From positions 62,001 to 109,616 of the forward strand of contig JAXLNO010005981.1 of assembly GCA_038087875.1 (NCBI GenBank): a stretch of 47,616 bases of DNA, given 5' to 3'. This DNA comes from Malacoraja senta (Eukaryota). Shown piece by piece: positions 1 through 11,335 of the stretch (its first letter is position 1; each line of letters opens with the position of its first letter). Under the pieces are notes generated by a model. The model worked only from the letters and a program-made list of their open reading frames with translations, had not been told where the DNA came from and searched no databases. A program made the translations under genes and the position numbers.

Positions 1-1224
1 ATGTGTTCAGAATGCTGGAAGCCTTCCTCATCAAACATGAGCTTGGCTGGAAATGCCTTGTTGGGATGTGTACAGATGGGGCACCTTCCATGGTCGGTTG
101 CAGATCCGGTTTCCAAGACTTCGTGAATGATGTCGCTCCACATGTCTCCTTCCCCCACTGCATGATACATCGCTATGCTTTAGCGATGAAGACTCTCCCT
201 CTTGGTCTTCGAGAAGTGCTTTCAGATGTGGTGAAGATTGTGAACCACATCCGAGAGAGTGCAACAAACTCAAGAATCTTCAAGCGATGTGTGAAGAAAT
301 GGGCATCGATTTCACTATTCTGTTATTCCACACAGAGGTGCGCTGGCTTTTGCGTGGTAAAGTTCTCAATCATGTGATTCAACGTTGAGAGGAAATAGTG
401 TTGTTCTTGGAGAGAAGGGGTACTGAGAAGGAGAATCAGCTTCATGAAAAGATGCAAGTTGAACTGTTCGTGATGAAGGTTGCTTACTTGGTTGACTTCT
501 TCGCTGAGGTGAATTCCTTGAACCTGTCGCTTCAAGGAATCCTCCCAATGGCATTCAGGAGGAACCTTTACCAGAGAACAGACGGTGACATGGCTATCTT
601 CCCTGAGATGACGACTCTCCTGGATGCTACGCCTGATGCTGAATGCCACTTCCACGAGGAGATCTCAACCCACCTTCTGGCAATTAGTGAACCCATCGAA
701 CGTTACTTCCCCAGACTGGACGACCGCTCTCGTGATGAGTGGATGCTCTGACCCTTTTCCGTTGAAGACGGTGGCATCAGCGATACTGACGTGACCGAAG
801 GTTGAATTTTACTGAATTCGTGAAGATGCGCAACTCAAGAGTGACTTCATGGAACAAGAGCTCGCCACGTTTTGGCTGAAAGTGAAGGAATGTCCTGCTC
901 TTTCGAAGAGGGCCCTGACCCTATTGGTCCATTCCCCCTCAACCTCTCACTGTGAGGGTGGATTCTCAACTATGGTAACTCTGAAAACGAAGGTACGCAA
1001 TAGGCTTGTGATCGACACTGACATGAGGTGCTGCCTGTCGAGCATTCGTCCACGTTTTGATTGCCTGATGACTGCGAAGCAATTTCAGCCATCCCATTGA
1101 CTGAGCAATGGCAGACATGTTTTAATAAATCGGGCTGTTTTTTTTCAAATTTTGTTTCAGAGGTCACGGTACTGATCAAGAATGCCTGATGGGGTCGTGG
1201 GGCCAAAAAGGTTAAGAACCACTG
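1..1224 (+). mobile_element. 3' part of a decayed hAT DNA transposon (Buster/Charlie/SPIN clade) with transposase remnant and right TIR
   Basis: Frameshifted ORFs 3-377, 398-751 and 849-1100 contain CTDGAPSM, HCMIHRYALA (CxxH), TEVRWL (nt ~331-348) and the C-terminal CEGGFS dimerisation motif. The element ends in aaaaaggttaagaaccactg (reverse complement CAGTGGTTCTTAACC, a Charlie-type TIR) followed by ctctaaag, which fits an nnnTAnnn 8-bp target. Confidence 0.9.
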
Positions 1225-1304
1225 CTCTAAAGCTTAAAACTAAAGGGGCTAATAAAGGCCACAAAGTGGCTTTAGTGAGTCGGATTACAGAAAATCCCAC
1301 ATCT

Positions 1305-1920
1305 TTTTCATGGTTTCATGGTTAGTTTATTGTCACATATACCAATTAAGGTACATTGAAATGCAGACTACCATACACCATACTAAAAAAAAGCAACAAG
1401 ACACACAATAACATAAAAGTTAACATAAACATCCACAACAGAGGAGCCCGCACGTTCCTTACTGTGATGGAAGGCAATAAAGTCTAATCTCCTTCCTCTT
1501 TATCTCCCGCAGTCGGGGCAATCAAACAATCTGCAGTCGGTGGTCGAAACCCCCCGTTGAGGAATCGAAACTCCCACGTCGGAGCGGTCGAAACTCTTGC
1601 GGCTTGGAGATCCCGGATGTCGGTCTCGACCGTAGACCACGGGCTCCGCGATGTTAAAGTCTTGCAGGCTCTCACAGTTGGAGCCCTAAAGTCGATCCCC
1701 GACAGGGATCGCGAGCTCCATGATGGTAAGTCCACAGGCTCCTGCGATGGATCTCCCGGTCGATCTCTAGCAAAGGCCGCCATTCATCAATGTTAGGCCG
1801 CATTGTGGACGGAGATACGATACAGAAAATATCGCATCTACGTCGAGGTAAGAGATTAGGAAAAGTTTCCCACAACTCCCCCAACCCCCACCCCCAAAAC
1901 AAGCTAAAGAACACTAAAGA
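1305..1920 (-). mobile_element. Non-autonomous GC-rich-core retroelement; interrupted by L1 and continues at 3887-3962
   Basis: tttattgtcacatatacc tail next to a short (tttcatgg) repeat. Shares ctgtgatggaaggc (1462-1475) with the elements at 9495-9965 and 20883-21743. Split by the L1 TSD. Confidence 0.6.
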
Positions 1921-3871
1921 CTAAACCAAAAGACTCAACACATCTCAGGAAATTCCCTTTTAAAATAGCTATGGAAAAATTCAAATATTTAGGAATTGAG
2001 ATTACTAGAAATTACCATGATATGTTTAAAGCTAATTATAATCCCCTACTTAAGAAATTAAATAATCTGATTAAATTTTGGAAAACACTTCCGATGTCCT
2101 TAATAGGTAGGATAAATGCTATAAAAATGATTTTCTTACCACAAATCCTTTACCTATTTCAATCAATACCTATATATCTCCCAAAAAAGTTTTTCAAAAA
2201 ACTGGACTCAGACATTACAAATTTTATATGGGATTACAAATCCCACAGAATACAAAGAACACACCTTAACAAACGAAAAGAGTTGGGGGGTCTAGCGCTC
2301 CCTAACTTTATGTATTATAACTGGGCAGTAAATATTAAAAATATGATTCACCTGCTGGACAATTCTGCCCAGCAGGTGGACTGGATTATAATGGAAAAAG
2401 GGGATTGCTCCCCGAATAATATAGGAGCGATTATTCTCTCTCCAATAAATTTGAATAATAAAAATTATAATAAAAATCCAATTATATATAGCACTATTAG
2501 AACATGGAAGCAAATAAAACAGAATCTAAAATTAAGAAACCTATCTCTCTTAATACCAATAGTCAATAACCCATCGTTTAAACCTTCAATCATAGATAAA
2601 GCATTTATACAATGGGAAAGAATGGGAATTAAAACGCTCGAAGATCTGTATGAATTAGAAAAATTACTATCATTCCAACAACTACAACTGAAATATAATT
2701 TGAAAAATAATCAATATTTTAAATATCTACAAATCTGTGACTATTTGAAAACACACACAAAAGATTATTATAATATGCCTTCCGACTTACTAGATGAAGC
2801 AATGAAGACAAAGGCGGAATCAGTTAATTTAATATCATACTTATATAATATCATCTTAAATATAGAAATACCCACAACAGATGGAATTAGAAGAGATTGG
2901 GAACAAGATCTAGGTATAAAAATTTCAAAAGAGAGTTGGGATAATCATTTATTACAGGTGCATAAATGCTCGATCAACGTACGACATACGCTTATCCAAT
3001 TTAAAACATTACATAGATTATATTATTCAAAAACCAAACTAAATAAAATCTTTCCTAACGTCTCACCAATCTGTGATAAATGTATATGTCAAGAAGCTAC
3101 CATAGCACATTCTTTTGTTTTTTGTACAAAAATCCAAAAATTCTGGTTTGAAATATTTGATATTTTTTCAAAATTAATCAAAATAAAACTGGTACCAAAA
3201 CCAGAATGGATTATTTTTGGAATATCGGAAGGTATTCCTGAATTAAACGTGTATCAGAAGAATTTACTCAATTATGGGCTAATAATGGGAAAAAAGCTTA
3301 TACTTAAATTCTGGAAAAATGCGCCCACACCAACAATAAAAATGTGGACATCAAATATGTTGGAAACATTACATCTGGAAGAGATGAGATTCCTCCTAGT
3401 AGGCAAAGTAGATCAATTTCAAAAGACGTGGTCTACGTTTTTGGACCTATTACAAGTATGAGGTGCAATAGTAATTTAGAAAAACAAATAAATAAATAAA
3501 AGGTATCTGGACCTGGTAATGGGAGGTAAAATAAAAACAGACTTGGTTGGTAGTTCCTTCTCTATGAAGTATGGTATAAGAGTTATAATAGAGCGATTGT
3601 TCCTTCTTTCTTTCTCTTTTTTTTTCTAGGGTCTATTTTCTAACTTTACTTCCTTCTCTAACTTCTTTTCTAAGGGGCTTTCTTTTCCCAACACTCTTTT
3701 GCACTTCACAACCTTTGCGCACTTTCTTCACTTTTCTTACTTCTTTCTTTTTCTTTCTTAAAGTTTAAAAAAGTGAAGCGGTACAAAAAATGTATTAATA
3801 TATACGTGTTGTACATTACTGTAATCTACCGTACTTCTAAAAAATAAAAAAAAAAAATAAAAAAAAAAAAA
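1921..3871 (+). mobile_element. 5'-truncated L1-clade LINE with uninterrupted ORF2 C-terminus (1971-3461), 3' UTR and poly(A)
   Basis: 496-aa ORF with KYLGI, GGLALPN and the C-terminal CxxC...HSFVFC knuckle. Poly(A) at ~3839-3874. 15-bp TSD aaagaacactaaaga at 1906-1920 and 3872-3886. Confidence 0.95.
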
Positions 3872-3962
3872 AAAGAACACTAAAGAATATACATTTAACA
3901 CGTACAAAACAGACACAAAGAAGGAAGGGACAGACGACTTTTGGCGAGGCAACCATTGCAGC

Positions 3963-4865
3963 AAAAGGTGGATTGCTTAAGGATATAGAAGGGAATATGT
4001 GCTTGGAGTTTGGCGAGGTTTGGTTTCACCAAGGAAGACATGTAGAATAGTAAGGACCATTAATAGTAAGTACATCATAAAATCCTCCAACATTTTTGCC
4101 ACCTCCAACGGGATCCCACTACTGATCACATCTTCCCATCTCCACCCGTTTCTGCTTTCCGCAGAGACCGTTCCCTCCGAAACTCCCTGGTCAACTCGTC
4201 CCTTCACACCCAAACCACCCGCTCCCCGGATACTTTCTCCTGCAACTGCAGGAGATGCAACACCTGTCCCTTTATGTCCCCCCCTCGACTCCGTCCAAGG
4301 ACCTAAAGTCTTTCCAGGTGAGGCAGAAGTTCACTTGCACCTCTTCCAACCTCATCTACTGTATCCGCTGTTTCAGTTGTCAACTTCTCTACATCAGTGA
4401 GACCAAGCGCAGGCTCGGCGATCGTTTTGTTGAACACTTCCCCTCAGTCCGTCTTACCCTACCCGATCTCCCGGTGGCTCAGCACTTCAACTCCCCCTCC
4501 CATTCCCAATCTGACCTTTCTGTCCTGGGCCTCCTCCATTGTCAGAGTGAGGCCCAGCCCAAATTGGAGGAACAGCACCTCATATTTTGCTTGGGTAGTG
4601 TATACTCCAGCGGTATGAACATTGACTTCTATTACTTTCGATAGCCCTTGATTTCTCTCTCCATCCCCTCCCCCTTCCCAATTCTGCCACCAGTCTTACT
4701 GTCTCCGCCGACATTCTATCTTTGTCCCTCCCCTGACATCAGTCTGAAGAAGGGTCTCGACCCAAAACAATGCCCATTCCTTCTCTCCAGGGAAGCTGCC
4801 TGACCCGCTGAGTTACGCCAGCATTTTGTGTCTCTACGATTTTAACATCTGCAGCATCTGCAGTT
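3963..4865 (+). mobile_element. Penelope-like element remnant (GIY-YIG endonuclease region and 3' terminal repeat)
   Basis: ORF 4255-4644 reads FTCTSSNLIYCIRC..LLYISETKRRLGDRFVEH...PVAQHFNS, a PLE GIY-YIG signature. It is followed by the ctgaagaagggtctcgacccaaaac...ctgagttac terminal motif, which recurs many times in the window. Confidence 0.85.
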
Positions 4866-4984
4866 CTTTCTTACACATGGAGAATCAATGTGGAGAATGC
4901 TAACATGCAGGGACACTTTGAAGTTAAGCAAGAAGGAGATGTTGGATCACTTGAAGAGAAATGTGGATAAATCCCCAGGATAGA

Positions 4985-5425
4985 GGGGTGTAGTGGATGA
5001 TAATAATAATCGTTGAAAACATTAGTGCCGTGCTGGTTTCCGATGGGCACGGTGACGGACGCACCACACATCTCTCCTCCATGCAACTGGCAAGCTCCTC
5101 TTTTATCTCTACACATGCGTCTTCCATCAACGTCTTCTGCATCATCTTGATTGGCCGTCCTGGGTCAAGTCTTCCATGGGTGGGTTCCCACAGCACAACC
5201 TTGTTTGCTGGCATTTCTGGGTGGCGGAGCCAGTGACCTGCGAGCCTCATCCTTCTCAACGTGATCTTCTCGGTCAGAGGTGGATTCTCCCCATAGAGCT
5301 GGGCGTTGGTGATGTGGTCCCTCCATCTGACATTTTGAACTTTTCCGAGCATTCGGGTGTAGGTACCATCGAGAGACTAGGACAGTGCTGGAGTGAGAGT
5401 CCATGCCTCACACCCGTACAATAAT
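4985..5425 (-). mobile_element. RTE-clade LINE 3' remnant
   Basis: ORF 4924-5352 reads VRWRDHITNAQLYG...RRMRLAGHWLRHPEMPANKVVLWEPTHG..PGRP, typical of an RTE ORF C-terminus. (att)n-like tail at ~4998-5010. Confidence 0.8.
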
Positions 5426-5610
5426 ATGGTCTCTACAGTTGTACGGAAGGCCAAATATTCAGGCTGTAGTTCAGTGACAAGTAGAGTTCTGCAGGGATCT
5501 GTGCTGTGACCCTTGCTACTTGTGACATATATAAATGACTTGGACCCTGGTGTTCAGAAATTACCCAGTCATAACAATTAATCAAATAATGATTTTTATT
5601 TTTATTTCAG

Positions 5611-5884
5611 ATTATCACTACGTTCAAGGACAGTTTGGTTGTGAGGTGAACGATCACAGTCCCACTGTAGGGATATTGAAGTTGGCTTTTGATGGAAGAT
5701 ATGCATTTAGTTTTGATAAGGACAAACTAAAGTGGACGGTGCATGATCCAATAGCTGAGCTTCAAAGAGAAATGGGACAAGAATGAAAAAATGAACCGTT
5801 ATTTCAAGAGCTTGTTAGAACATGACTGTGTGGATCTATGGCTTACATACTATGCAATTGGAAAGACATACCTGACCAGAAAAG
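5611..5884 (+). pseudogene. MHC class I-like heavy chain, alpha2 exon; 2-nt frameshift at ~5760 (pseudogenising lesion or assembly error)
   Basis: Acceptor tttatttcag| and donor |gtgagt, phase 1/1. Translation DYHYVQGQFGCEV...AFDGRYAFSFDKDKLKWTVHDPIAE(fs)FKEKWDKNEKMNRYFKSLLEHDCVDLWLTYYAIGKTYLTRK aligns with class I alpha2 (H93, Q96, G100, C101, D119, G120, W133, K146, W147, C164, G175). 274 bp + 2 = 276 bp, the canonical alpha2 exon length. Confidence 0.92.
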
Positions 5885-6224
5885 GTGAGTTCAGAACAAA
5901 GGATGTTGTTTTGTGATGGTAGGCAATGAGTAATATTTCACTCTGAGGCAATGAGTAATATTATCTCTGACCCAATCATGACAGAGGGAAAGGTCATTCG
6001 GCCCATTGATTCTATGCTAGTTTTCTATGCAATGTCGACAAACTGTTCCACAGCTCTCTCTCACAACTTGCACTCAGCTCCCTCGGATTCTCCTTGCATT
6101 CAGCTCTACGACGGATAATTTGCAATGTCCAACTAACTCACCGGCACGTCTTTGGTATACGGGACAAAACTGGAGCACATGGAGGAAGCCAACTGAGTCA
6201 TAAGGTCATAAGTGATGGGTGCAG

Positions 6225-6550
6225 CATTAGAACATTCGGCCCATCAAGTCGACTTCACCAGTCAATCATGGCTGATCTATCTCTCCCTCCTAACCCCATT
6301 CTCCTGCCTTCTCCCCATAACCCCTGACGTGCATACTAATCAAGAATTAAAAATATCCATTGACGGACTCCACAGCCTTCTGTGGTAAATAATTCCACAG
6401 AATCACCACCCTCTGACAAAATAAATTCCTCCTCATCTCTTTCCTAAAGGAATGTCCTTTAATATTGAGACTATGACCTCTCGTCATAGACTCTCCCACC
6501 ATTGGAGACATCCTCTCCACATCCACATCTATCCAAGCCTTTCACTATTT
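6225..6550 (-). mobile_element. CR1 LINE 3' fragment; continues at 7927-8180 after the L1 insertion
   Basis: CR1 3' sequence with tail agaacattcggcccatcaag. The continuation encodes KPHLEHCEQFWAPYLRKDVLALERVQRR (ORF 7871-8338). Confidence 0.8.
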
Positions 6551-7926
6551 GTTTGTTTTTAAAATATTTTTATTAGAAGCATGTGCATATCATACTACAA
6601 ACATTTCTTATATATCAATCCTACTTAGCTAATAGGTGGGAGTCCAGCTATCAAAATAATAGTGGTCCTCCTTTATCAATTGTATATTAAATCTGCTTCT
6701 ATTTAGTTTTTTTTTATAGATAGAAAGTGAGAAATTAAAAAAAAAAGGCATGAAAAAGAAGAATGGAATAATTTACCAATAATACAACTTTGGAGATAGG
6801 TCCGTAGGTTATAAAGCATAACTATTCATCTAATCCTGAGCTTGGATTTCAGTCAGATTCCTATGCTGAACCAATTTACCCTTTCAAAAAATCAATAAAT
6901 GGAGACCATATTCTATTAAATAATTCATGTTTTTCAATTAAGACAAGTCTAGTTCTTTCCAAATGTAAGGTCTCCGACATTTCCATAATCCACATTTTAA
7001 TTGTGGGGGTTATAGGACCTTTCCAAAATTTTAATATTAATTTTTTCCCAATTATTATACTATAATCAAGAAAGTTTCTTTGGTTTATTGTAAGTCTTAG
7101 GCTTTGTTCTGATATTCCTAATATTATTATGAGTCGGGATCCAATTGGGTATTGACTAATTCAGAAATTATTCTGAAAATGTCCGTCCAGAAATTTTTGA
7201 TTTTTATACAATTTACAAAGGTATGAGTTAAGTTAGCCTCTAAATGCTGGCATTTATCACAAATAGGAGAGATATGTGGGAAGATTCTATTTAATTTTGT
7301 TTTAGAATAATGTCATCTATGTAATACTTTAAATTGTATTAAGGCATGTCTGGCATTTAATGAGCATTGATGTATATATTGTAGACTTTCGTCCCAAATA
7401 TCTTTCGTTATGGGTTGGCCTAATTCATTTTCCCATGTGTGTCTATATAAATCCGTCGGCGGGACCTCACTATCTAAGAGGGTATTATAAATATGAGATA
7501 TTAATTTTTCTGTATTAGGATGTTTATTCAAACATTCATCAAGGATTTCTGGTTCCCTAGTTCTGTAATCTTGTGTATTTGATTTAATGTAATCTCTAAT
7601 TTGTAAATATCTAAAAAAGTTATTTGAGTGTGGTCCGTAAATCTGTTGTAACCCCTGAAATTACAGAAAAGTGCCTTTCCTATAAAGATGTCCCATCTTT
7701 TTAATTCCATAATTTTTCCATTGTGTAAAGCCTTTATCCAACATGGAAGGTTTGAATAAAGGGTTGTTTATAATGGGGAGACAGTGACAATTATCCAATT
7801 TTAAAGTCTTTTTTAATTGTTTCCAAATTCGTATACCACTATATATTATAGGATTTTCACTATAGGTGTTTTAATGCAATTTTGTGGGAGCAAACATAAT
7901 CGAACCAATTTCAAAAGGCAAACAGT
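6551..7926 (-). mobile_element. 5'-truncated L1 inserted in CR1
   Basis: ORF 7313-7531 (WDESLQYIHQCSLNARHALIQFKVLHR) is homologous to the L1 ORF2 C-terminus at 1971-3461. T-rich tail at ~6551-6575. TSD ctttcactattt at 6539-6550 and 7927-7938. Confidence 0.85.
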
Positions 7927-8499
7927 CTTTCACTATTTTGTATGATTCAATGAGGTCCCCCCTTATTCTTCTAAACCCCAGCAAGTACAGGCCCACTGCC
8001 ATCAAATGGTCATCATATGTTAACCCATTCAATCCTGGGATCATTCTTGTACACCTCCTCTGGACCCTCTCCAGAGCCAGCACATCCTTCCTCAGATATG
8101 GTGCCCAAAATTGCTCACAATGCTCCAAATGTGGCTTGACCGGCGCCTTATAGAACCTCAGCATTACATCCCTGTTTGACAGGGAGAAAGTGTAATTGAT
8201 GTCTTTCATATTAGTTAACCATGGATTTTCTTGACCACAGTTGACAGCCCCTAATGGGATTGCATGTCTATCACACGTCTCTATAGAGCACAGCGTTAAG
8301 CTTCGAAGGGCAAAATTTACACGAGATGTGCAGGTCAAGTGTTTTTTTGCACAGAGAGAGCTTGATACCTAGAATGCGCTACCAGGAGTGGTGGTAGAGG
8401 AAGACATGATAATGGTGCTTAAGAAAGTTTTGGACAGGCTCGTGGGTATGCAGGGAATACAAGGATATGGAACACATGCAGGCAGTGGAGATGAGTTTT

Positions 8500-8790
8500 G
8501 GTTTAGTTTAGAGATAGAGTATGGAAACAGGATCTTTGGGCCACTGAGTCTGCACTGACCAGCAATTGCCCATTCACTATTTTTGTCCTACAAGCTAGGG
8601 ACAATTTACAGAAGCCAATTAACCTACAAACCTGCACGTCTTTTGTATTTGGGAGGAAACCGGAGCCCCCAGAGAAAACCCACAAGGTGACAGAGAGAAC
8701 GTACAAACTCCGTCCAGACAGCACTCTAGTCAGGATCGAACCCGGGTCTCTAATGCTGTAAGACAGCCACTCTATCACTGCGCCACTGTT
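8500..8790 (-). mobile_element. HE1-type tRNA-derived SINE
   Basis: Reverse complement gives an A-box-like tggcgcagtgatagag and a B-box ggttcgatcc. (gttta)n tail. Confidence 0.8.
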
Positions 8791-9494
8791 TTGCCTTAGT
8801 TTAACTTGGTATCCTGTTCGACATGGACATTGCAGGCTGAAAGTCCTGTTCTTGTACTGTTCTATGTTCTATATATTCTCATTGGACATGGCAGAGTTTT
8901 CCACTCCTCCAGCCTCCATGTTGAATACTTACTCCCAGTTTAAATCTGATTCAATTAGTCAATCCATTTCTCCCTCCCCTCCTGCCCTGATCCCCATTCT
9001 ATATTTTGAAATAGTCATTCCCTTTTTCACTCCCTGGTCTGTCTACTATCCCCACAACTTTCCTCTACTTTCCTGTCTTGGTGCATGCAACATCTATCCA
9101 TTTACCTCTTCCCTTCCCACTGTCCATAGACCCAGGTAGTTCTTCAAAGTGAAACAGCGTGAAACACTTGCACTTCCAGTCAAATCTACTGCATATGGTT
9201 TTCATGACGTAATCTTCCACATCGCATCAATGAAACAAATTGAATGGCTGCTTTCTGGAGAACCTGCATTCAATCCATGGGACTTTCTAAGATTCCTAAT
9301 TCCTGCCACTTTAATTCTCCATTCAACACCCACCATGATCCATCCATCTGTACCTCTTACACTAGGATAACAAGGGTGACAGTAACCTTGAGGACCAACA
9401 ACTCAGCTTCTGTCAGGACATGTTGCAGCCTTTCACACTCCATTCCACATTCAACGAGTTGTATTCCCTGTCAATAAAAGAACTGGTCATTTCA

Positions 9495-9965
9495 TAAGTT
9501 CATGTTCATTTATTGTCACATACACCAATTGGTGTAGTAAAATTCACTGGCCAGGTCAGTCATACAATTTTAAAAAGCAACAGACTCAAAAACACATTTT
9601 GACATAAACATCCATCATAGTGACTCCTACACATTCCTCACTGTGATGGAAGGCGAAAATAAAGTTCCAAGTCCTTCCCTTGTTGTTCTTCCTTGGTCGG
9701 GGGCCTCGAGCCCCCCGTTGAATGGACGGTCTTGAGTCCCGTAGCCGGCGGCGTTCGGGCCCTCCGCGTCGAGGTGATCAGCTCCCGCATCGGGGGATTG
9801 TCAGCTCCCCTGCGCCGGGCGATCGAACCTCGCGTCGGGGCTGGACGAACCTTCTGTGGCATTGGAGCTCCCGACTAGCCTCTCCCGAGACTGGGAGCCC
9901 TTGATGGTAAGTCCGCAGGCAAGGGATCTGCTCCGATTGTAAGTCCACACCCCGTGGTGGGGCTC
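9495..9965 (-). mobile_element. Non-autonomous GC-rich-core retroelement, related to 1305-1920 and 20883-21743
   Basis: tttattgtcacatacacc tail, shared ctgtgatggaaggc box (9641-9654), 13-bp-arm hairpin at 9611-9650 and a GC-rich body. Confidence 0.6.
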
Positions 9966-10794
9966 ACGACAGTCCTTTTCAACTGTTAAGTTGAAGTCAG
10001 AAAGAACAGATGCAAGAAGTATGAAGAAGGACACCAAGCTGAAACATTACGTAACCATGTCTTCCAGATGCTGCCTGAGCCACTGAGTTACACCTGCACG
10101 TTTTTGTGTTTTTTAATTACAGTTAAGTTATCCAGCTGCAAAATCAGGACAGCCTGACCTACTTGAGTAGTGCAGTATGTGCTGCATTTTATATAACTCT
10201 GTTTAGTTTCATGCATGCAGAGATCCAGTGAAATGGTTTGGATGGAACAGCAGATGCTGGACACCCCGTCCCTTCTCTCCAGAGATGCTGCCTGTCCCGC
10301 TGAGTTACTCCATCTTTTTGTGTCTATCTGCAGTGAAATGGTTGTTCTGCATTCTCCCCAGTCAAGTCATACTGTACATAAGTACAATTCGTCCTCTTCT
10401 GGAACAGCACGCAGTGATCCACCACATTCCAGGACTATCTTGCAGCTTCCAAGTCTCTGAGAAGTCTGATTTTGCCCTAAGGAAATACCCAATTTCACAT
10501 TTTCTCATGTTAAAGCCCAGTGCCATAACAGCACTGAATTGATGAAGTAGAGGCACGTGCCTCAGTTTAAGTTTTTCTGTTTCAAGATTGTGATCAAACC
10601 CTCGTCACTGGAACTGTGTCGCAGTGCCACCCATTACGTATCAGTCCCAATTATCTTTCAACATGCTGGAATCACTTGTTTTTTAATCCTTTTTAGACTT
10701 TTTTTCATGAATTGTTCTGCATAAACAGTTATGCTACAACAAAGTTAAGCGCAGCTACCACTTAGTTCCAGAGACGTAACAACACAAGAGATAG

Positions 10795-10907
10795 TGTTGG
10801 AAGAATGATCAAACTCACACATAGTGGTTAGAATCCATAGTCTTTTATTAGTAACTCTGCAGAGGAAACACAAGGTGCTTTCTTCTCAGCTTGCTTACTA
10901 CCAGTCT

Positions 10908-10953
<46 letters not shown>

Positions 10954-11002
10954 TCTAATAAGCCTGTGGGCGGAGCCACAGTATGAGTGACACTAATCTA
11001 CA
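10795..11002 (-). mobile_element. Solo LTR (208 bp) containing a (GA)n microsatellite
   Basis: TG...CA ends (tgttgg...ctaca) with 5-bp TSD gatag at 10790-10794 and 11003-11007. Minus-strand AATAAA at ~10843-10848 and a GC box (gggcgg, ~10968-10973). Confidence 0.8.
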
Positions 11003-11049
11003 GATAGGCACAGGGATAAGTTTCGGTTTATTATTGTCACGTTTAGTTT

Positions 11050-11335
11050 CGAGGTACAGCATGAAAATAGGCCTTTTGGCCCACTGAACCTGTGCTGACT
11101 AACGACCACCCAAACATTAGTTCTATCCTACACACTAGGGACAATTTACAGAAGCCCAAAAACTTACAAACCTGCACGTCTTTGAATGTGACGGAACTGT
11201 AGCACCCGGAGATAACTCACATGGTCACAGAGAGAATATATGAACTCTATATAGACAGCACCCATTGTCAGGATTGAACTTTGGTCTGTGGTACTGTAAG
11301 GCAGCAACTTTCCCTCTGCGCCACTGTGCTGCCCA
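11050..11335 (-). mobile_element. HE1-type SINE
   Basis: Same body as 8500-8790 (ggacaatttacagaagcc...aacctgcacgtctttg). Confidence 0.75.

Noticed and set aside
1-5610. Alpha1 or leader exon of the class I-like gene
   Set aside because: This stretch is essentially all assignable to transposon remnants, so those exons must lie upstream of the window.
5921-5970. 25-bp tandem duplication just after the alpha2 donor
   Set aside because: A simple local slippage event that does not touch the splice site.
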